A DNA stretch of 64,000 nucleotides from the NCBI GenBank assembly GCA_016875915.1, contig VGOM01000002.1, positions 23,263 through 87,262 on the forward strand, given 5' to 3'. The notes below the pieces were generated by a model. That model made no database searches, was not told where the DNA came from, and saw only the letters and a program-made list of their open reading frames with translations. Within the stretch, counting starts at the first letter, position 1, and each line of letters opens with the position of its first letter. Below, piece by piece: positions 37,922 to 49,093 of the stretch. The DNA is from Chloroflexota bacterium. GTDB lineage: Bacteria > Chloroflexota > Dehalococcoidia > UBA2247 > RBG-13-53-26. The position numbers and the translations under genes were made by a program.

Positions 37922-38040
37922 CAGGCCGAACGTGATCTCGCGTTGCATTGGACCAGGCGCACCGGCACCGCACGGGTTTCTTTGACACTCGCGTTCGGCA
38001 CAGCGTACAATCTACACAGGAGACTCGCTCAGGAGGCCAG

Positions 38041-39216
38041 ATGGATTTCAGCTTCACCGATGAGGAAAAGAAGTTCCGCTTAGAGGTCCTCGACTTCATC
38101 AAGAGGGAGCTCCCTGACAACTGGACCGGGACCGGCCTTCTTCAGGAGGCCAAGGACGGTGCGGAGTGGGAATTCGCCCGGGGCATGCTGCGCAAGGTGG
38201 GAGAGAAGGGCTGGCATTCTCTGTCCTGGCCCCGGGAGCATGGCGGAGAGGACTCCGTAACCAAGCAGTTCATCTTGAGCGACGAGATGTACTACCACGA
38301 GCTTCCCGGCGTGGACATCCAGGGCGCTCTGATGTGCGCTCCCACCCTGATACAGTATGGCAGCGAGGCCCAGAGGAAGAACTTCCTGCCCGAGATCGCC
38401 CGCGGCGAGCAGGTCTGGTGTCAGGGCTTCAGTGAACCGGGGGCCGGCTCCGACCTGGCCGCGGTGTCAACCAAGGCTGTGGACAAGGGGGACCATTTCG
38501 TCGTTGATGGGCAGAAGGTCTGGAGCACCGGGGCCATGCGCGCCGATTGGACCTTCATCCTGGCCAGGACCGACCCCGAGGCCGCCAAGCACAAGGGGAT
38601 AAGCTTCCTCCTCGTTGATCTGAAGACGCCCGGGGTTGAGGTGCGCTTCCTGCCGAACATCGTCGGCACCTACTGCGAGATCTTCTTCGACAACGTCAAG
38701 GTGCCCAAGGAGAACCTAATAGGCAAGCAGAACGACGGCTGGCGGGTCACCGGAGCCATCCTTGGCTACGAGAGATCGGGCATTCACCGCATTGCCGCCG
38801 CCCGGCGGAATCTCACCCGTCTGATCGAGTTCGCCAAGGAAACGAAGCGCAACGGCAGGCCGCTCTTTGCCAATCCGGTTGTCCGCAGCCGCCTGGCTCA
38901 ACTCTACGTCGAAGCTGAGGTGGCCAGGATCCTGGCCCACCGCATCGTCTGGATGCAGGGTGCCGGCAAAGCCGTGGACCACGAAGCCTCGATGTCCAGG
39001 GTGTTCGGCGCGGAGTTCCAGCAGCGCGTGGCCCAGGCCGGACTGCAGATCACCGGGGCTTTCGGGCAACTCGACGAGGGCTGCAAGTGGGCCCCTCTCT
39101 CGGGGTTCTTCCAGCGTCAGTATTTCTACGCCGCCGCGGCCACCGTGGGCGCTGGCACCGCCGAGATACAGAGGAACATCATCGCTCTCAGAGGACTGGG
39201 GCTGCCCAGGGGCTAG
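38041..39216 (+). CDS. acyl-CoA dehydrogenase
   Basis: Start at MDFSFTDEEKKF. ACAD N-terminal, middle (CQGFSEPGAGSD) and C-terminal domains, with a catalytic Glu near the C-terminus. Confidence 0.88.
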   Translation: MDFSFTDEEKKFRLEVLDFIKRELPDNWTGTGLLQEAKDGAEWEFARGMLRKVGEKGWHSLSWPREHGGEDSVTKQFILSDEMYYHELPGVDIQGALMCAPTLIQYGSEAQRKNFLPEIARGEQVWCQGFSEPGAGSDLAAVSTKAVDKGDHFVVDGQKVWSTGAMRADWTFILARTDPEAAKHKGISFLLVDLKTPGVEVRFLPNIVGTYCEIFFDNVKVPKENLIGKQNDGWRVTGAILGYERSGIHRIAAARRNLTRLIEFAKETKRNGRPLFANPVVRSRLAQLYVEAEVARILAHRIVWMQGAGKAVDHEASMSRVFGAEFQQRVAQAGLQITGAFGQLDEGCKWAPLSGFFQRQYFYAAAATVGAGTAEIQRNIIALRGLGLPRG

Positions 39217-40421
39217 TCCAGAACGCCCTCGTTCAGCAGCCGGACGAACTCCTCGTCGCTCATGCCCAAGATGTGCTTGCACACGTATTCATTGTGCTCG
39301 CCCAGACAGGGGGCCGGCCGTCTGGGCTCTCCGGGCGTCTTCGAGAATCTGAACGGCGGCAGCAGGTACCGGTGGCGGCCGATCTCGGGGTGCACCAGCT
39401 CCTTGTAGAAGCCCCTGGCACTGAGATGATCGTTCTCCACCAGGTCACGGCCGTTGAGCACGGCGCCGGCGGCCACCCCGGCCTGCTGCAGTAGTCCCAT
39501 CACCTCCTCGGCCGAACGGGCACCAGTCCACTCCTCTATCAGCGCATCCAGGGGCTCAGAGTTCTGAACCCGGTCCAGCATGGTGGCAAACCTGGGATCT
39601 CCGGCCAGTTCCGGCCGCCCCATAGCCGCACACAGTCTGGACCACTCCTCCTCGGTGAACACGGCAATGGCGCACCACCTCTCACGGCCACGGCACCGGT
39701 ACACACCGTGGGGAGCGACGCCGGCGCACCGGTTGCCCGCCCGATTCGGCTCGCGGCCATGCGCAAACCAGTCCATCATCACCGGCGCCAGGAACTGGAT
39801 ACCTGCTTCATACTGGGCGATCTCCACGAACTGCCCCCTGCCCGTTCTGCGCCGGGAGTCCAGTGCCGCCATCACAGCGCAGACCGCGTAGTAGGGGATG
39901 ATGAAATCGGTGTAGGCGCCCGGCGGAGAACTGGGCTCGCGATCCGGCCAGCCAGTGAGATTGCCGAACCCGATCAGGTCCGACAACTGGGAGCCCAGGC
40001 CCGGCTGCCCGGACCACGGCCCCGTGTGCCCAAACATGGGCAGGCTGACCATGATCAGGTCAGGCCTTGCCTGCCTCAGGTCGGAGTAGCCCAGGCCCAG
40101 CCTGTCCATTGTCCCCGAGCTGAAGTTCTCCACCACCACATCGGCCCAGGCCACGAGCCTCCCGGCCAAGGCCACCCCCTCGGGCTTCCTCAGATTGAGG
40201 CTCAGCCCGTACTTGCTGCTGTTGTACCGGGCGAAGGCCGCCGAGCGGTTGATCCCCGGCACGTTGCCCTTCATCGGAGTGGTGCTCCGCATGTTGTCCG
40301 GACTGGTGACCGACTCAACGTGAACCACCTCGGCCCCGCAATCACCGAGGAACTTGGTGGTCAGCGGACCAGAGATGAACCAGGTGAAATCGATGACCTT
40401 GATGCCCTCAAGTGCCTGCAA
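39213..40421 (-). CDS. CoA-transferase family III (CaiB/BaiF/Frc-like)
   Basis: LEGIKVIDFT...GP and VENFSSG motifs typical of family III CoA-transferases. Confidence 0.88.
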   Translation of the reverse strand: MQALEGIKVIDFTWFISGPLTTKFLGDCGAEVVHVESVTSPDNMRSTTPMKGNVPGINRSAAFARYNSSKYGLSLNLRKPEGVALAGRLVAWADVVVENFSSGTMDRLGLGYSDLRQARPDLIMVSLPMFGHTGPWSGQPGLGSQLSDLIGFGNLTGWPDREPSSPPGAYTDFIIPYYAVCAVMAALDSRRRTGRGQFVEIAQYEAGIQFLAPVMMDWFAHGREPNRAGNRCAGVAPHGVYRCRGRERWCAIAVFTEEEWSRLCAAMGRPELAGDPRFATMLDRVQNSEPLDALIEEWTGARSAEEVMGLLQQAGVAAGAVLNGRDLVENDHLSARGFYKELVHPEIGRHRYLLPPFRFSKTPGEPRRPAPCLGEHNEYVCKHILGMSDEEFVRLLNEGVLD

Positions 40422-40431
40422 GCAGCACCTC

Positions 40432-41664
40432 CTAGATCACCCCGGCCTCAGCGAGCGCGGCCAGGTCCCCCCTCGACAGGCCAATCTCGCCGTACACCTC
40501 TTCGTTGTGCTCACCGATGAGCGGCGCTCTTCGCCGCAGACCGCCGCCGCCTTCTGACGGCCTGATGCAGACCCCGGGGTAGGTGACATCCCCGCCGAGA
40601 TGATCATGCCTCAAACCCACCCAGTAACCCCTTTGCTTCAGCTGGGCGCTGCCGCAGACCTCCCGGGGAGAAGCCACCGGGTAGACGCAGCAGCGCCGGG
40701 CCAGGCCGCCCCGCCACAGTTCCTCCTTGGTATGGGCCAGGAAGAACCGGCCGACGGGCTGGGAGATCCCCTCCACCAGCTCGGGTGGCACCGCCGAATA
40801 GTCGAACGTGGCCCAGTCGATTTCCCTGATGAAGTCGGGGGCCATGCCCTCTTCTGCCATCCAGGCTGCCAGCGGGATCATGAAGTTGCGGGCGAGCCGG
40901 CCACCGTAGAGGTCGAAACTGACGTAGCCATCGGCGCACCGCCAGACGCGTCTCATCCGGGCCCCGGTCGTCGGTCTGACCCGCACTGCCCCGTGTCGCT
41001 CCTCCAGAAGCCGGTTCATCTCCCAGAAGGCGGCGGAGTCCGGCGGTATCCAGGCACAGGCCTCATGGATGGACACATCCACCCACTGCCCCTCTCCGGT
41101 GGACTGCCTGGCACAGTGGGCAATCATCGCCCCGGCAGCGCCGGCCATGCCACCATGGAGATAGGCCTGGGGAAAGCCGATGCGCACCGGCGGCCGGTCT
41201 GGCTCCCCGGTGAGGTACAGATAGCCGCCCAGGGCCATGCTGACGATGTCCGCCGTCCTGTGGTCGCGATAGGGACCGCTCTGTCCGAAGGGAGCTATCG
41301 AGGTCAGGATCACCCGGGGATTCAACCGGCTCAACTCCTCGTAGCCTAGGCCGAGGCCCTTCAGATGCCCGGGGGCAAAGGATTCGATGATGAAGTCGGA
41401 CTCCCGGGCCAGCCTTCCGAAGATGGCCTGACCGTCCTTCGTCTCGATGTTCAGGGTGATGCCCCGCTTGTTGGCATTGTAGGCCATCCAGTACAGGCTC
41501 GCCTCTGGGTGGGGGGTGTCACCGAAGAACGGGCCGATGTTCCTCGCCCGATCACCACCGGGCGGCTCGATCTTGACCACGTCCGCACCCAGGTCGGCCA
41601 GGGTCTTGCCGCATATGAAGCCCTTCTCGTCCGTCAGATCGAGCACTCGATAGGCATCAAGCAT
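40432..41664 (-). CDS. CoA-transferase family III (CaiB/BaiF/Frc-like), second copy
   Basis: LDAYRVLDLTDEKGFICGKTLADLGADVVKIEPPGG is the N-terminal signature. About 35% identity to the neighbouring transferase. Confidence 0.88.
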   Translation of the reverse strand: MLDAYRVLDLTDEKGFICGKTLADLGADVVKIEPPGGDRARNIGPFFGDTPHPEASLYWMAYNANKRGITLNIETKDGQAIFGRLARESDFIIESFAPGHLKGLGLGYEELSRLNPRVILTSIAPFGQSGPYRDHRTADIVSMALGGYLYLTGEPDRPPVRIGFPQAYLHGGMAGAAGAMIAHCARQSTGEGQWVDVSIHEACAWIPPDSAAFWEMNRLLEERHGAVRVRPTTGARMRRVWRCADGYVSFDLYGGRLARNFMIPLAAWMAEEGMAPDFIREIDWATFDYSAVPPELVEGISQPVGRFFLAHTKEELWRGGLARRCCVYPVASPREVCGSAQLKQRGYWVGLRHDHLGGDVTYPGVCIRPSEGGGGLRRRAPLIGEHNEEVYGEIGLSRGDLAALAEAGVI

Positions 41665-41810
41665 GATGGTCAGTCACCAACGGGGTCCGGGCTTTCTTCA
41701 CACCAGGATTCATGTTTTACCACCGCGCCGTCGCGGTTTCAAATCCGCAGCGTCCCGCATGTGACTGGCGAAGGCACAGATGCTAAACTAGTCGGCAGAG
41801 CGCAGCAGCG

Positions 41811-42857
41811 ATGGAACCGGTCGTTTGGCTCGGCGACGGCATCGAGATCGTTGATCAGACCAGGCTCCCCTGGGAGGAGGTCTGCCTTCGCCTGTCGACA
41901 TGCCAGGAGGTGGCCGCGGCCATCAACGAGATGAGGGTCCGGGGAGCGCCGGTGATCGGCATAGCAGCCGCCTATGGCATCGCGCTGGGAGCCCGGTCCA
42001 TCGAGGCGCCGGACAAGGAGTCGTTCCTGGCCGATCTGAGCCGCATGGCTGAGATGCTGGCCTGCACCAGGCCCACGGCGGTCAATCTCTTCAAGGCCAT
42101 CGACCGGATGCTGTCGGCGGCCGGCGGGGGTGGGGACGCGGCCACGATCAAGGCCTCGCTGGTGGCTGAGGCAGAGGCGATCCACGCTGAGGAAAGGGCG
42201 GCCACCAGAAGCATATCCCGACTCGGCGCTGAACTGATCAGGGATGGCTCCACCATCATCACCCACTGCAACGCCGGGCCGCTGGCCACCGGCGGGTATG
42301 GAACGGCCCTGGGCGTGATCATCGAAGCCAAGCGGCAGGACAAGGCGATTGCCGTCCTGGCCACGGAGACCCGGCCCCTGCTCCAGGGAGCACGGCTGAC
42401 CATGTGGGAGCTCATGCGGGAGGGTATTCCCGTCACGCTCATCACCGACTCCATGGCCGGCCATTTCATCAACAGAGGCGACGTGGACTGCGCCTTGGTC
42501 GGTGCCGACAGGATCGCCGCCAACGGGGACGTGGCCAACAAGATCGGCACCTATGCACTGGCGGTCCTGGCCAGGGAGAACGGCGTCCCCTTCTACGTTG
42601 CCGCCCCCACTTCCACGATTGACCTCTCACTGGCCTCCGGCGACGGAATCCCCATCGAGCAGAGGAGGCCCGACGAGGTGACCCTGATCCGGGGCATGTC
42701 AATTGCCCCCCAGGGGGCACCGGCAGCCAACCCCGCCTTCGACGTCACCCCGCACCGCTACGTCTCTGCCATCGTCACCGACAGAGGCATACTGCGGGAA
42801 CCCTATGTTTCCACCATACCCCGCGTCCTCAGCAGGGCGAGCACTACTGGCGGATAG
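41811..42857 (+). CDS. mtnA: S-methyl-5-thioribose-1-phosphate isomerase (eIF-2B alpha/beta/delta-like)
   Basis: MtnA family: conserved C...THCNAG and DRIAANGDVANKIGTY motifs. Confidence 0.85.
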   Translation: MEPVVWLGDGIEIVDQTRLPWEEVCLRLSTCQEVAAAINEMRVRGAPVIGIAAAYGIALGARSIEAPDKESFLADLSRMAEMLACTRPTAVNLFKAIDRMLSAAGGGGDAATIKASLVAEAEAIHAEERAATRSISRLGAELIRDGSTIITHCNAGPLATGGYGTALGVIIEAKRQDKAIAVLATETRPLLQGARLTMWELMREGIPVTLITDSMAGHFINRGDVDCALVGADRIAANGDVANKIGTYALAVLARENGVPFYVAAPTSTIDLSLASGDGIPIEQRRPDEVTLIRGMSIAPQGAPAANPAFDVTPHRYVSAIVTDRGILREPYVSTIPRVLSRASTTGG

Positions 42858-42872
42858 AGGAAGGAGGCCCCA

Positions 42873-43736
42873 GTGATTCAGGCCAGCATCGGCGTCATCG
42901 GAGGCAGCGGCCTCTACCGGATTGAAGGGTTGACCGACGTTGAACAGGCGGAGGTGAGCACCCCCTTTGGCGAACCCAGCGACCTCATCACCACGGGCAC
43001 CCTGCGCGGTGTCCGAGTGGCCTTCGTGCCCCGGCATGGCAAGGGACACCGCATCAGCCCGGCCGAGGTCCCGGCCAGAGCCAACATCTATGCACTCAGG
43101 TCCCTGGGCGTGGAACGGATCATCTCCATCAGCGCCGTGGGCAGCCTGAAGGAGGACATCCATCCCCTGGATCTGGTCATTCCAGACCAGATCATCGACC
43201 GAACCAGCAGCCGGGTGAACACCTTCTTCGGACAGGGACTGGTGGCCCACGTGGGACTGGCTGAGCCGTTCTGCCCCGACCTGAGCCGTCTCCTGTATCA
43301 GACGTCGCGGCAGGCGGGGGCAGTCGCGCACCAGGGAGGAACCTGCGTGGTTATAGAGGGCCCGTCGTTCTCCACCCGGGCGGAATCCTTCCTGTACCGC
43401 TCCTGGGGCGCCAGCATTGTGGGCATGACCGCCGTGCCGGAGGCCAGACTGGCCCGGGAAGCCGAGATGTGCTACGCCACTCTGGCCTTCGTTACCGACT
43501 ACGACTGCTGGCATCACAGTGAGGAGTCGGTCACGGTGGAGATGGTCGTAGCCAACCTCGAGCGGAGCGTGGAGGTGGCGAAGAACATCGTCAAGGCTGT
43601 GGTGGCCCAGATCCCCCGGCAGCGGGGCTGTGAGTGCGCCACAGCTCTCAGAGATGCTATCATTACCTCTCCGGAACAGATCCCGGCATACCTGAAGAAG
43701 GACCTGGATCTGCTGATCGGGAAGTACGTCAAGTAG
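42873..43736 (+). CDS. mtnP: S-methyl-5'-thioadenosine phosphorylase
   Basis: PNP/MTAP family: IGVIGGSGLY, RHG.GH and GMTAVPEARLAREAEMCYA. Confidence 0.88.
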   Translation: MIQASIGVIGGSGLYRIEGLTDVEQAEVSTPFGEPSDLITTGTLRGVRVAFVPRHGKGHRISPAEVPARANIYALRSLGVERIISISAVGSLKEDIHPLDLVIPDQIIDRTSSRVNTFFGQGLVAHVGLAEPFCPDLSRLLYQTSRQAGAVAHQGGTCVVIEGPSFSTRAESFLYRSWGASIVGMTAVPEARLAREAEMCYATLAFVTDYDCWHHSEESVTVEMVVANLERSVEVAKNIVKAVVAQIPRQRGCECATALRDAIITSPEQIPAYLKKDLDLLIGKYVK

Positions 43737-43748
43737 AAGGGATGAACC

Positions 43749-44777
43749 ATGACCGGCACACCTGACTTCGGCTGCCTGCCCACCATCATCGGCAGCATGC
43801 CGCACACTGATCCCCAGGCGGCCTGCCGCCTGATCGGGCGCTTCCTCAAGGACATCCCTGTCTGGCCACAGTTGCCCAACCGCTCCGCCGAGGAGAACAT
43901 GTACGCCCAGTTCGGTCAGGGCTTCCCCGGCATAGTCATGGCCGATGGCAGGATAACCATTGACCGTTCACGCGACCTTGAACTGGGTCTGGAGCGGCTG
44001 TATACCGCCCACGCCAGCAACGCCTACGCTGACTACCCCATCGGCCCGGACCATGCCGCTGGCCTTCAGGCATTCCTGAACCTTGACTTGGCGACGCCCC
44101 TGGCGGTCAAGGGACAGGTCACCGGCCCCATAAGCTGGGGCCTCTGCGTCACCGACGGCGTCCACTACGCCGTCTACGATGATTCCCTGGCCGACGCCAT
44201 GGCAAGACACCTCCGCCTCAAGGCCGCCTGGCAGGAAAGCGTCCTCAGGCGGCTGTCACCGAATGTCATCCTGTTCGTCGACGAGCCCTACCTCACATCG
44301 CTGGGTTCCGCCTTCGTCTCCCTGCCCTCCGAGAAGGTGGTGGCCCTCCTGACTGAAACCCTGGGAGGCATAGCCGGCATCCGCGGACTCCACTGCTGTG
44401 GCAACACCGACTGGACCCTCCTGCTGGATCTGCCCATCCACATCCTCAGCTTTGACGCCTACAACTACGCCGGTGCCCTGAGCACCTATCCGGAGCAGGT
44501 GCAGTCCTTCCTGAAACGGGGCGGCACCGTGGCCTGGGGCATCGTCCCCAACGACGAAGAGGCGCTGGCCAGGGAGTCCGTGGCCAGCCTGAAGGACCGG
44601 CTGGAAGAGGCCATGGCGCCCTATGCCAGGTCCGGCACTCCGTTCAAGCGACTGCTGCAGCAAGCCCTGCTCACCCCTTCCTGTGGCCTGGCATCGCTGT
44701 CGGCAGAGGCCGCAGAGCACTGCCTGGAATTCCTGGCACAGCTCTCCGCCAGGATGCGCCAGCAGCACGCCTTGTAG
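43749..44777 (+). CDS. core-MetE-like zinc methyltransferase (MetE C-terminal/UroD-like fold; possible corrinoid-dependent methionine synthase)
   Basis: About 340 aa with MetE C-domain signatures: ILFVDEPYL (compare IQIDEPA), LHCCG (compare H-x-C) and TPSCGLASL (compare NPDCGLKTR). It sits between mtnP and ahcY. Confidence 0.55.
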   Translation: MTGTPDFGCLPTIIGSMPHTDPQAACRLIGRFLKDIPVWPQLPNRSAEENMYAQFGQGFPGIVMADGRITIDRSRDLELGLERLYTAHASNAYADYPIGPDHAAGLQAFLNLDLATPLAVKGQVTGPISWGLCVTDGVHYAVYDDSLADAMARHLRLKAAWQESVLRRLSPNVILFVDEPYLTSLGSAFVSLPSEKVVALLTETLGGIAGIRGLHCCGNTDWTLLLDLPIHILSFDAYNYAGALSTYPEQVQSFLKRGGTVAWGIVPNDEEALARESVASLKDRLEEAMAPYARSGTPFKRLLQQALLTPSCGLASLSAEAAEHCLEFLAQLSARMRQQHAL

Positions 44778-44890
44778 ACCTCCCAGGCCCCGCGCCTCGA
44801 ACCCTGAGGCCAGCCCAGGCAACCCGGGGATTGCAGCCTCTGGCGAGCGGTGGGCAAGTCCCGACCAGTGAAGAACAACGCGCCACTATG

Positions 44891-44899
44891 TGCTACAAT
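44891..44899 (+). promoter_or_regulatory. candidate extended -10 element TGcTACAAT upstream of ahcY
   Basis: tgTGcTACAATg sits about 200 nt upstream of the ahcY start, implying a long leader. Confidence 0.25.
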
Positions 44900-44994
44900 G
44901 TGGCCATGATACTGAGAGATGTCCTTCCGGAAGGACGGCGGCCGCGCCGGGAACTCCACGGCCATTCCGCACGGGAAGTTGCCCTCATGACGAC

Positions 44995-45078
44995 CTGAGG
45001 CGGCGATCGCCGCTCCCGCCGGGGACCCTGCTCCCCGAACCATGCTCCACCACTCAGACTGCGCCGCTCACCATTTGA
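44995..45078 (+). ncRNA. candidate SAH riboswitch-like element in the ahcY leader
   Basis: A 5' GAGGCGGCG can pair with a 3' GCGCCGCUC, which would form P1. The 3' end UCAGACUGCGCCGCUCACCAUU resembles the SAH-riboswitch consensus ...UCAGGCUCGG..ACGGCGCUCACCAUU, and the element ends ~15 nt before the RBS. The core is imperfect and lacks CGGAAAC. Confidence 0.3.
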
Positions 45079-45096
45079 AACGAAAGGGGGGACTTG

Positions 45097-46368
<1,272 letters not shown>

Positions 46369-46399
46369 CCGAAGACACGCACTTGAAGGAGAAGCGACC

Positions 46400-47644
46400 A
46401 TGACTCTGACTTTCTCAAGATCTTCCTCATACATGCTCACTTCTGAATCCGTCACCGAAGGGCATCCCGACAAGGTATGTGACCTCATCGCCGACGCCAT
46501 TCTGGACGCTATCCTGGCCAAGGATCCCGTAGCCAGAGTAGCCTGCGAGGCCATGGCCACCACCGGCCTGGTAATCACCACGGGGGAGATCACCACCAAC
46601 TGCTACGTTGACATACCGCAGATCGTCAGGGATACGGTCTTGGAGATTGGCTACACCCGGGCCAAGTACGGCTTTGACGGCGAGACCTGCGGGGTGATCG
46701 CCTCCATCAAGGAGCAGTCCCAGGACATCGCTATGGGTGTCAACCACGCCCAGGAGTCGAAGCAGAAGACGGAGAACGCCAGCGACAAGGACGGCCTGGG
46801 CGCCGGCGACCAGGGGATGATGATCGGTTTCGCCTGTGACGAAACGCCGGAACTGATGCCGCTGCCCATCTCGCTGGCCCACAAGCTCTGCCGCCGTCTG
46901 GCTGAGGTGCGGAAGGACGGCACCCTGTCCTATCTGCGCCCCGACGGGAAGTCTCAGGTAACCGTCGAGTACAGTCACGGCGTTCCCAAGAGGGTGGACG
47001 CCGTGGTCATCGCGGCCCAGCACAGCGAGACGGCCAGCAACGACACCATCCATCGCGATATCCAGCAGATGGTGATCAAGAAGGTTATTCCCGCCCATTT
47101 GCTGGACAAGAAGACCAAGTACCATATCAATGCCACCGGCCGCTTCGTCACCGGTGGCCCCATGGGCGACACCGGCCTCACCGGGCGCAAGATACTGGTG
47201 GACACCTACGGGGGCATCGCCAGACACGGCGGCGGCTCCTTCTCCGGAAAGGATCCCACCAAAGTGGACCGCTCGGCGGCCTACTACGCCCGCTACGTTG
47301 CCAAGAACATCGTGGCCGCCGGACTGGCCAAGCGCCTGGAGATTCAGGTCTCCTATGCCATTGGGATCGCCCACCCCATCTCCATCTCCATCGAGACCTT
47401 CGGGACGGCCAAGGCAGACGAGGACCTGATCGTGAGCCTCATCAGGAAGCACTTCGACTTCCGGCCCAGCGCCATCATCGATTCACTGGGGTTGCGCCGG
47501 CCCATATACAAGCAGACCGCGGCCTACGGTCACTTCGGCCGGCCCGACCTGGATCTTCCCTGGGAAAGGACTGACAAGGTCGCCCTGCTCCAGGCCGACA
47601 TGGAGCTGGCCAAGGTCAGCGGCTCTCTCCAGAAGCAACCGTAG
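46400..47644 (+). CDS. metK: S-adenosylmethionine synthetase
   Basis: [20 protein letters not shown] and DTYGG...GGGAFSGKD motifs. GGAGAAG RBS. Confidence 0.92.
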   Translation: MTLTFSRSSSYMLTSESVTEGHPDKVCDLIADAILDAILAKDPVARVACEAMATTGLVITTGEITTNCYVDIPQIVRDTVLEIGYTRAKYGFDGETCGVIASIKEQSQDIAMGVNHAQESKQKTENASDKDGLGAGDQGMMIGFACDETPELMPLPISLAHKLCRRLAEVRKDGTLSYLRPDGKSQVTVEYSHGVPKRVDAVVIAAQHSETASNDTIHRDIQQMVIKKVIPAHLLDKKTKYHINATGRFVTGGPMGDTGLTGRKILVDTYGGIARHGGGSFSGKDPTKVDRSAAYYARYVAKNIVAAGLAKRLEIQVSYAIGIAHPISISIETFGTAKADEDLIVSLIRKHFDFRPSAIIDSLGLRRPIYKQTAAYGHFGRPDLDLPWERTDKVALLQADMELAKVSGSLQKQP

Positions 47645-47665
47645 GCGCCACGGAAGCGACAGGAT

Positions 47666-49090
47666 ATGCAGCCCGCAATCAGGTTCGGCACCGACGGCTG
47701 GCGCGGTGTCATTGCCGACGACTTCACCTTCGGCAACGTCAGGTACTGCGCCCAGGGGCTGGCCGATCACCTCAACGACGATGGCGTGGGCCGCCAGGGC
47801 CTGGTCATTGGCTACGACACCCGCTTCGCTTCGGAGAACTTCGCCGCCGCCGCCGCGGAGGTGGTCGCCGCCAACGGGATCAAGGCGTACCTCTGCACCC
47901 AGGCCACTCCCACCCCGATGGTGAGCTACGCCACGGTGAACCACAGGGCGGCCGGGGCCATCATCATCACGGCCAGCCACAACCCGGCGCAGTGGAACGG
48001 ATTCAAGATCAAGACCTCAGATGGAGCCAGCGCGCCAACCAGCGTTGAAGCAGACATCGAGTCGCGCCTGCCTCAGATCATAGCCTCAGGCAGCGTGAAG
48101 CGCCTGCCTCTGGAGGAAGCGGTCAAGAAGGGACTGGTGGAGCACCTCGATGCGTCGCCAGCCTACTACGAGCACATAGCCCGGTTCGTCGATCTGGGGG
48201 AACTGCGCCGGGCGGGGCTGAAGGTGGCGGTGGACTCGATGTACGGCGCGGGGTCCGGCCATTTCAGGAGGCTCCTGCAGGGGGGAGAAACGCAAATAGC
48301 GGAGATCAATGGGGAACGGAATCCATCCTTCCCCGGAATACAGCCTGAGCCCATTGCCCGGCACCTCACCAGGCTGTCCGAGACGGTCAGGACCCGCGGG
48401 GCAGACGTCGGCCTGGCCACCGATGGCGACGCCGACCGCGTGGGCATTGTAGATGAGAAGGGCATCCCGCTCACGCCGCTGCAGATCTTCGCCCTGCTTG
48501 CCCTCTATCTCCTGGAGGTGCGCGGCGAGCGGGGTCCCATCGTCAAGACCCTGACCACCAGCAGCATGCTGTTCAAGTTGGGGGACCTGTACAACGTGCC
48601 GGTGCACGAGACCCGGGTGGGCTTCAAGTACGTGGCGCCCAAGATGATCAGCGACAACGCCCTCATCGGCGGGGAGGAGAGCAGCGGCTTCGGATTCAGG
48701 GGCCACCTGCCGGAGCGAGACGGTATTCTCGCCGGCCTGTATTTCCTGGACTTCATGCACAAGCTGGGCAGAACCCCGTCACAGCTCATCGACTACCTCT
48801 ACAGCAAGGTCGGACCGCATCACTACCAGCGGGTCGACCTGGAGTTCCCGCCGGTCGACCGACAGCGGATCATCGGCCAACTAGCCTCTGACAGGCCGTC
48901 GCGGATCTCCGGCAGCGAGGTGGTGAAGGTCAACACCGTGGACGGCTATCACTTCTCCCTGGCCGATGGCTCGTGGCTGCTCATCCGTCTCTCAGGCACG
49001 GAGCCCATCCTGCGCATCTATGCCGAAGCCAGCAGTATGGACAGGGCCCAGACACTGGTGGCCGAGGGCAGGCGGCTCCTGGGGGTGTAG
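47666..49090 (+). CDS. phosphoglucomutase/phosphomannomutase (alpha-D-phosphohexomutase family)
   Basis: Active-site TASHNP, FGTDGWRG, GDADR metal loop, and the four-domain architecture. Confidence 0.85.
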   Translation: MQPAIRFGTDGWRGVIADDFTFGNVRYCAQGLADHLNDDGVGRQGLVIGYDTRFASENFAAAAAEVVAANGIKAYLCTQATPTPMVSYATVNHRAAGAIIITASHNPAQWNGFKIKTSDGASAPTSVEADIESRLPQIIASGSVKRLPLEEAVKKGLVEHLDASPAYYEHIARFVDLGELRRAGLKVAVDSMYGAGSGHFRRLLQGGETQIAEINGERNPSFPGIQPEPIARHLTRLSETVRTRGADVGLATDGDADRVGIVDEKGIPLTPLQIFALLALYLLEVRGERGPIVKTLTTSSMLFKLGDLYNVPVHETRVGFKYVAPKMISDNALIGGEESSGFGFRGHLPERDGILAGLYFLDFMHKLGRTPSQLIDYLYSKVGPHHYQRVDLEFPPVDRQRIIGQLASDRPSRISGSEVVKVNTVDGYHFSLADGSWLLIRLSGTEPILRIYAEASSMDRAQTLVAEGRRLLGV

Positions 49091-49093
49091 GGC

